From NCBI GenBank assembly GCA_964016885.1, contig OZ024745.1, positions 6,758,001 to 6,822,000 of the forward strand: a stretch of 64,000 bases of DNA, in the 5' to 3' direction. The position numbers and the translations under genes are program-made. Origin of the DNA: Eledone cirrhosa (Eukaryota). Positions 57,401-64,000 of this stretch are shown piece after piece. Every line of letters starts with the position of its first letter. Within the stretch, counting starts at the first letter, position 1. The notes beneath the pieces were generated by a model. The model ran no database searches, was not told the origin of the DNA, and saw only the letters and a list, made by a program, of their open reading frames with translations.

Positions 57401-60400
57401 ATGGTGGCTGTACAATATGGCAGCCAGTCCTATGGTGGCTGTACAATATGGCAGCCAGTACTATTGTGGCTCAACAATATGGCAGCCGGTACTATGGTGG
57501 CTCTACAATATGGCAGCCAATACTATGGTGGCTGTACAATATGGCAACCAGTACTATGGTGGCTGTACAATATGGCATCCTGTGCTATGGTGGCTCTACA
57601 ATATGGCTGCCAGTACTATGGTGGCTGTACAATATGGCAGCAAGTACTATGGTGGCTCTACAATATGGCAGCCAGTACTATGGTGGCTGTACAATATGGC
57701 AGCCAGTGCTATGGTGGCTCTACAATATGGCAGCCAGTACTATGGTGGCTATACAATATGGCAGCTAGTACTATGGTGGCTGTACAATATGGCAGCCAGT
57801 CCTATGCTGGCTGTACAATATGGCAGCCAGTACTATGGTGGCTGTATAATATGGCAGCCAGTGCTATGGTGGCTCTACAATATGGCAGCCAGTACTATGG
57901 TGGCTGTACAATAGGGCAGCCAGTGCTATGGTGGCTGTACAATATCGCAGCCAATACTATGGTGGCTCTACAATATGGCAGCCAGTACTATGGTGGCTGT
58001 ACAATATGACAGCCAGTACTATGGTGGCTGTACCATATGGCAACCAGTACTATGGTGACTGTACAATATGGCAGCCAGTACTATGGTGGCTCTACAATAT
58101 GGCAGCAAAGTACTATGGTGGCTCTACAATATGGCAGCCAGTACTATGGTGGCTCTACAATATGGCAGCCAGTACTATGTTGGTTTTACAATATGGCAGC
58201 CAGTACTATGGTGGCTCTACAATATGGCAGCCAGTACTATGGTGGCTGTACAATATGGCAGCCAGTGCTATGGTGGCTCTACAATATGGCAGCCAGTACT
58301 ATGGTGGCTATACAATATGGCAGCTAGTACTATGGTGGCTGTACAATATGGCAGCCAGTCCTATGGTGGCTGTACAATATGGCAGCCAGTACTATGGTGG
58401 CTGTATAATATGGCAGCCAGTGCTATGGTGGCTCTACAATATGGCAGCCAGTACTATGGTGGCTGTACAATATGGCAGCCAGTGCTATGGTGGCTGTACA
58501 ATATCGCAGCCAATACTATGGTGGCTCTACAATATGGCAGCCAGTACTATGGTGGCTGTACAATATGGCAGCCAGTACTATGGTGGCTGTACCATATGGC
58601 AACCAGTACTATGGTGACTGTACAATATGGCAGCCAGTACTATGGTGGCTGTACAATATGGCAGCCAGTACTATGGTGGCTCTACAATATGGCAGCCACT
58701 ACTATGGTGGCTGTACAATATGGCAGCCAGTACTATGGTGGCAGTACAATATGGCAGCCAGTACTATAGTGGCTGTACAATATAGCAGTCAGTACTATGA
58801 TGGCTCTACAATATGGCAGCCAATACTATGGTGGCTGTACAACATTGCAGCCAGTATTATGGTGGCTGTACAATATGGCAGTCAGTACTATGGTGGCTCT
58901 ACAATATGGCAGCCAATACTATGGTGGCTGTACAATATGGCAGTCAGTACTATGGTGGCTCTACAATATGGCAGCCAGTACTATGGTGGCTCTACAATAT
59001 GGCAGCCAGTACTATGGTGGCTGTACAATATTGCAGCTAGTACTATGGTGGCTGTACAATATGGCAGCCAGTTCTATGGTGGCTGTACAATATGGCAGCC
59101 AGTACTATTGTGGTTCAACAATATGGCAGCCAGTACTATGGTGGCTCTACAATATGGCAGCCAGTACTATGGTGGCTGTACAATATGGCAGCCAGTACTA
59201 TGGTGGCTGTACAATATGGTAGCCAGTACTATGGTGGCTGTACAATATGGCAGCCAGTACTATGGTGGCTCTACAATATGGCCGCCATTTCTATGGTGGC
59301 TGTACAATATGGCAGCCAGTACTATGGTGGCTCTACAATGTGGCAGCCAATACTATGGAGGCTGTACAATATGGCAGCCAGTACTATGGTGGCTGTACAA
59401 TATGGCAGCCAGTGCTAAGGTGGCTCTACAGTATGGCAGCCAGTACTATGGTGGCTGTACAATATGGCAGCCAGTTCTATGGTGGCTCTACAATATGGCA
59501 GCCAGTACTATGGTGGCTGTACAATATGGCAGCCAGTACTATGGTGGTTCTACAATATGGCAGCCAGTACTATTCTGGCTGTAGAATATGGCAGCCAGTA
59601 CTATTCTGGCTGTACAATATGGAAGCCAGTAGTATGGTGGCTGTATAATATGGCAGCCAGTACTATGGTGGCTGTACAGTATGGCAGCCAGTACTATGGT
59701 GGCTCTACAATATAGCAGCCAGTGCTATGGTGGCTGTACAATATGGCAGCCAGTACTATGGTGGCTGTACAATATGGCAGCCAGTACTATGGTGGCTGTA
59801 TAATATGGCAGCCAGTACTATGGTGGCTGTACAATATGGCAGCCAGTACTATGGTGGCTGTACAATATGGCAGCCAGTACTATGGTGGCTCTACAATATG
59901 GCAGCCAGTGCTATGGTGGCTGTACAATATGGCAGCCAGTACTATGGTGGCTGTACAATATGGCAGCCAGTACTATTGTGGCTGTACAATATGGCAGCCA
60001 GTACTATGGTGGCTGTACAATATGGCAGCCAGTACGATGGTGGCTGTACAATATGGCAGCCAGTACTATGGTGGCTCTACAATATGGCCGCCAGTTCTAT
60101 GGTGGCTGTACAATATGGCAGCCAGTACTATGGTGGTTCTACAATATGGCAGCCAGTACTATTCTGGCTGTAGAATATGGCAGCCAGTACTATTCTGGCT
60201 GTACAATATGGAAGCCAGTAGTATGGTGGCTGTATAATATGGCAGCCAGTACTATGGTGGCTGTACAGTATGGCAGCCAGTACTATGGTGGCTCTACAAT
60301 ATAGCAGCCAGTGCTATGGTGGCTGTACAATATGGCAGCCAGTACTATGGTGGCTGTACAATATGGCAGCCAGTACTATGGTGGCTGTATAATATGGCAG

Positions 60401-61013
60401 CCAGTACTATGGTGGCTGTACAATATGGCAGCCAGTACTATGGTGGCTGTACAATATGGCAGCCAGTACTATGGTGGCTCTACAATATGGCAGCCAGTGC
60501 TATGGTGGCTGTACAATATGGCAGCCAGTACTATGGTGGCTGTACAATATGGCAGCCAGTACTATTGTGGCTGTACAATATGGCAGCCAGTACTATGGTG
60601 GCTGTACAATATGGCAGCCAGTACGATGGTGGCTGTACAATATGGCAGCCAGTACTATGGTGGCTCTACAATATGGCCGCCAGTTCTATGGTGGCTGTAC
60701 AATATGGCAGCCAGTACTATGGTGGCTCTACAACATAGCAGCCAGTACTATCGTGGCTGTACAATATTGCAGCTAGTACTATGGTGGCTGTACAATATGG
60801 CAGCCAGTTCTATTATGGCTGTACAATATGGCAGCCAGTACTATTGTGGCTCAACAATATGGCAGCCAGTACTATGGTGGCTGTACAATATGGCAGCCAG
60901 TACTATGGTGGCTTTACAATATGGCAGCCAGTACTATGGTGGCTGTACAATATGGTAGCCAGTACTATGGTGGCTGTACAATATGGCAGCTAGTACTATG
61001 GTGGCTCTAGAAT
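51496..61013. repeat. 9,518-bp HOR unit 3, nearly identical to unit 1 (offset 17,298 = 558x31)
   Basis: ORF pairs 34198/51496, 35810/53108, 37281/54579, 41174/58472 and 43483/60781 are all 17298 apart with almost identical translations. Confidence 0.95.
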
Positions 61014-64000
61014 ATGGCCGCCAGTTCTATGGTGGCTGTACAATATGGCAGCCAGTACTATGGTGGCTGTACAATATGGCAGCCAGTACTATGGTGGCTG
61101 TACAATATGGCAGCCAGTACTATGGTGGCTGTACAATATGGCAGCCAGTTCTATGGTGGCTCTACAATATGGCAGCCAGTACTATGGTGGCTGTACAATA
61201 TGGCAGCCAGTACTATGGTGGCTCTACAATATGGCAGCCAGTACTATTCTGGCTGTACAATATGGCAGCCAGTACTATTCTGGCTGTACAGTATGGCAGC
61301 CAGTACTATGGTGGCTCTACAATATAGCAGCCAGTGCTATGGTGACTGTACAATATGGCAGCCAGTACTATGGTGGCTGTACAATATGGCAGCCAGTACT
61401 ATGGGGGCTGTACAATATGGCAGCCAGTACTATGGTGGCTCTACAATATGGCAGCCAGTGCTATGGTGGCTCTACAATATGGCAGCCAGTTCTATGGGAG
61501 CTGTACAATATGGCAGCCAGTACTATGGTGGCTGTACAATATGGCAGCCAGTACTATGGTGGCTATACGATATGGCAGCCAGTACTATGGTGGCTGTACA
61601 ATATGGCAGCCAGTACTATGGTGGCTGTACAATATGGCAGCCAGTACTATGGTGGCTGTACAATATGGCAGCTAGTACTATGGTGGCTGTACAATATGGC
61701 AGCCAGTTCTCTGGTGGCTCTACAATATGGCAGCCAATACTATGGTGGCTGTACAATATGGCAGTCAGTACTATGGTGGCTCTACAATATGGCAGCCAGT
61801 ACTATGGTGGCTCTACAATATGGCAGCCAGTACTATGGTGGCTGTACAATATTGCAGCTAGTACTATGGTGGCTGTACAATATGGCAGCCAGTTCTATGG
61901 TGGCTGTACAATATGGCAGCCAGTACTATTGTGGCTCAACAATATGGCAGCCAGTACTATGGTGGCTCTACAATATGGCAGCCAGTACTATGGTGGCTGT
62001 ACAATATGGCAGCCAGTACTATGGTGGCTGTACAATATGGTAGCCAGTACTATGGTGGCTGTACAATATGGCCGCCAGTTCTATGGTGGCTGTACAATAT
62101 GGCAGCCAGTACTATGGTGGCTCTACAATGTGGCAGCCAATACTATGGTGGCTGTACAATATGGAAGCCAGTTCTATGGTGGCTGTACAATATGGCAGCC
62201 AGTGCTAAGGTGGGTCTACAATATGGCAGCCAGTACTATGGTGGCTGTACAATATGGCAGCCAGTTCTATGGTGGCTCTACAATATGGCAGCCAGTACTA
62301 TGGTGGCTGTACAATATGGAAGCCAGTAGTATGGTGGCTGTATAATATGGCAGCCAGTACTATGGTGGCTGTACAGTATGGCAGCCAGCACTATGGTGGC
62401 TCTACAATATGGAAGCCAGTAGTATGGTGGCTGTATAATATGGCAGCCAGTACTATGGTGGCTGTACAGTATGGCAGCCAGTACTATGGTGGCTCTACAA
62501 TACAGCAGCCAGTGCTATGGTGGCTGTACAATATGGCAGCCAGTACTATGGTGACTGTACAATATGGCAGCTAGTACTATGGTGGCTGTACAATAGGGCA
62601 GCCAGTGCTATGGTGATTGTACAATATGGCAGCCAGTACTATGGTGGCTGTACAATATGGCCGCCAGTACTATGGTGACTGTACAATATGGCAGCCAGTA
62701 CTATGGTAGCTCTACAATATGGCAGCCAGTGCTATGGTGGCTCTACTATATGGCAGCCAGTTCTATGGTGGCTGTACAATATGGCAGCCAGTAATATGGT
62801 GGCTGTACAATATGGCAGCCAGTACTATGGTGGCTATACAATATGGCAGCTAGTACTATGGTGGCTCTACAATATGGCAGCCAGTACTATGGTGGCTGTA
62901 CAATATGGCAGCCAGTACTACGGTGGCTGTACAATATGGCAGCCAGTACTATGGTGGCTGTACAATATGGCAGCCAGTACTATGGTGGCTGTACACTATG
63001 GCAGTCAGTACTATGGTGGCTCTACAATATGGCAGCCAATCCTATGGTGGCTGTACAATATTGCAGCCAGTACTATGGTGGCTGTACACTATTGCAGCTA
63101 GTACTATGGTGGCTGTACAATATGGCAGCCAGTGCTATGGTGCCTCTACAATATGGCAGCCAGTACTATTGTGGCTCTACAATATGGCAGCCAGTACTAT
63201 TGTGGCTCTACAATATGGCAGCCAGTACTATGGTGGCTCTACAATACAGCAGCCAGTGCTATGGTGGCTGTACAATATGGCAGCCAGTACTATGGTGGCT
63301 GTACAATATGGCAGCCAGTACTATGGTAGCTGTATAATATGGCAGCCAGTACTATGGTGGCTGTACAATATGGCAGCTAGTACTATGGTGGCTGTACAAT
63401 ATGGCAGCCAGTACTATGGTGGCTCTACAATACAGCAGCCAGTGCTATGGTGGCTGTACAATATGGCAGCCAGTACTATGGTGGCTGTACAATATGGCAG
63501 CCAGTACTATGGTAGCTGTATAATATGGCAGCCAGTACTATGGTGGCTGTACAATATGGCAGCCAGTACTATGGTGGCTGTACAATATGGCAGCCAGTAC
63601 TATGGTGGCTCTACAATATGGCAGCCAGTGCTATGGTGGCTGTACAATATGGCAGCCAGTCCTATGGTGGCTGTACAATATGGCAGCCAGTACTATTGTG
63701 GCTCAACAATATGGCAGCCGGTACTATGGTGGCTCTACAATATGGCAGCCAATACTATGGTGGCTGTACAATATGGCAACCAGTACTATGGTAGCTGTAC
63801 AATATGGCATCCTGTGCTATGGTGGCTCTACAATATGGCTGCCAGTACTATGGTGGCTGTACAATATGGCAGCAAGTACTATGGTGGCTCTACAATATGG
63901 CAGCAAAGTACTATGGTGGCTCTACAATATGGCAGCCAGTACTATGGTGGCTCTACAATATGGCAGCCAGTACTATGTTGGTTTTACAATATGGCAGCCA
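61014..64000. repeat. HOR unit 4 (partial, more diverged, cut by the window edge)
   Basis: Shares TTCTCTGG, GTGCTATGGTGAC, AAGGTGGGTC, AATAGGG, TACACT and GCAAAG markers with units 1 and 3 but lacks several of their derived alleles. Confidence 0.85.

Larger units (their letters stand above)
1..64000. repeat. 31-bp tandem satellite array, about 2,065 monomers, consensus ATGGCAGCCAGTACTATGGTGGCTGTACAAT, open at both window ends
   Basis: The monomer is visible in every line, always in the same orientation. Monomer starts at 10 and 63991 differ by 63981 = 2064x31 - 3. Most monomers differ from consensus by 0-3 substitutions. Confidence 0.99.

Noticed and set aside
10-63794. Hundreds of + strand ORFs as protein-coding genes
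   Set aside because: They overlap in all three frames with the same peptide, start and stop at incidental variants, and have no unique domain or preferred frame. They follow directly from a stop-free 31-mer.
1-64000. CRISPR array (31-bp, partly palindromic repeat)
   Set aside because: Repeats abut directly with no spacers, leader or cas genes.
1-64000. Telomerase-type or other template-synthesised repeat
   Set aside because: Only mild G skew (9 G vs 6 C), and variant patterns are copied in multi-kb blocks, which points to DNA-level duplication rather than re-synthesis from one short template.
1-64000. Sequencing or rolling-circle artefact, or synthetic concatemer
   Set aside because: Variants are substitutions shared hierarchically between distant copies and indels are rare and inherited, unlike random read error. 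Copy number of the near-identical 9.5-kb units still needs read support.
1-64000. Variant cassette library for antigenic variation or a diversity-generating system
   Set aside because: No expression locus, recombinase or reverse transcriptase is present, and variants often create stops. Ordinary satellite turnover explains the pattern.
1-64000. Hidden inverted segment or embedded unique or mobile sequence
   Set aside because: No reverse-orientation monomer was seen and there are no - strand ORFs. Monomer phase is continuous from 10 to 63991 apart from the 13 listed 1-bp indels.

Overview
The whole 64-kb window is one uninterrupted, head-to-tail tandem array (satellite DNA) of a 31-bp monomer, consensus ATGGCAGCCAGTACTATGGTGGCTGTACAAT (15/31 GC, no CpG). 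Phase arithmetic gives 2,064 monomers between positions 10 and 63,990, with a net drift of -3 bp that is fully explained by 13 one-base indels. The array runs off both ends. I found no unique sequence, gene, RNA gene, mobile element or inversion. The ORF track is a by-product of the monomer: it has no stop triplet on the + strand and 31 is not divisible by 3, so all three frames spell the same 31-aa repeat. The informative signal is in the variant monomers. They show an old ordered series of variants recurring about every 1-1.5 kb, overlaid by nested in-register duplications (155, 186, 589, 2077, 2386, 3349, 3532, 3534 and 6075 bp) and a young 9,518-bp higher-order repeat (HOR) in the right half. 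The monomer itself looks like a diverged 15/16-bp dimer with dyad symmetry. The organism and the function (for example centromeric or heterochromatic) cannot be determined from sequence alone, and I see no evidence of a novel coding system. Coordinates of duplication edges were read by eye and are good to about one monomer.
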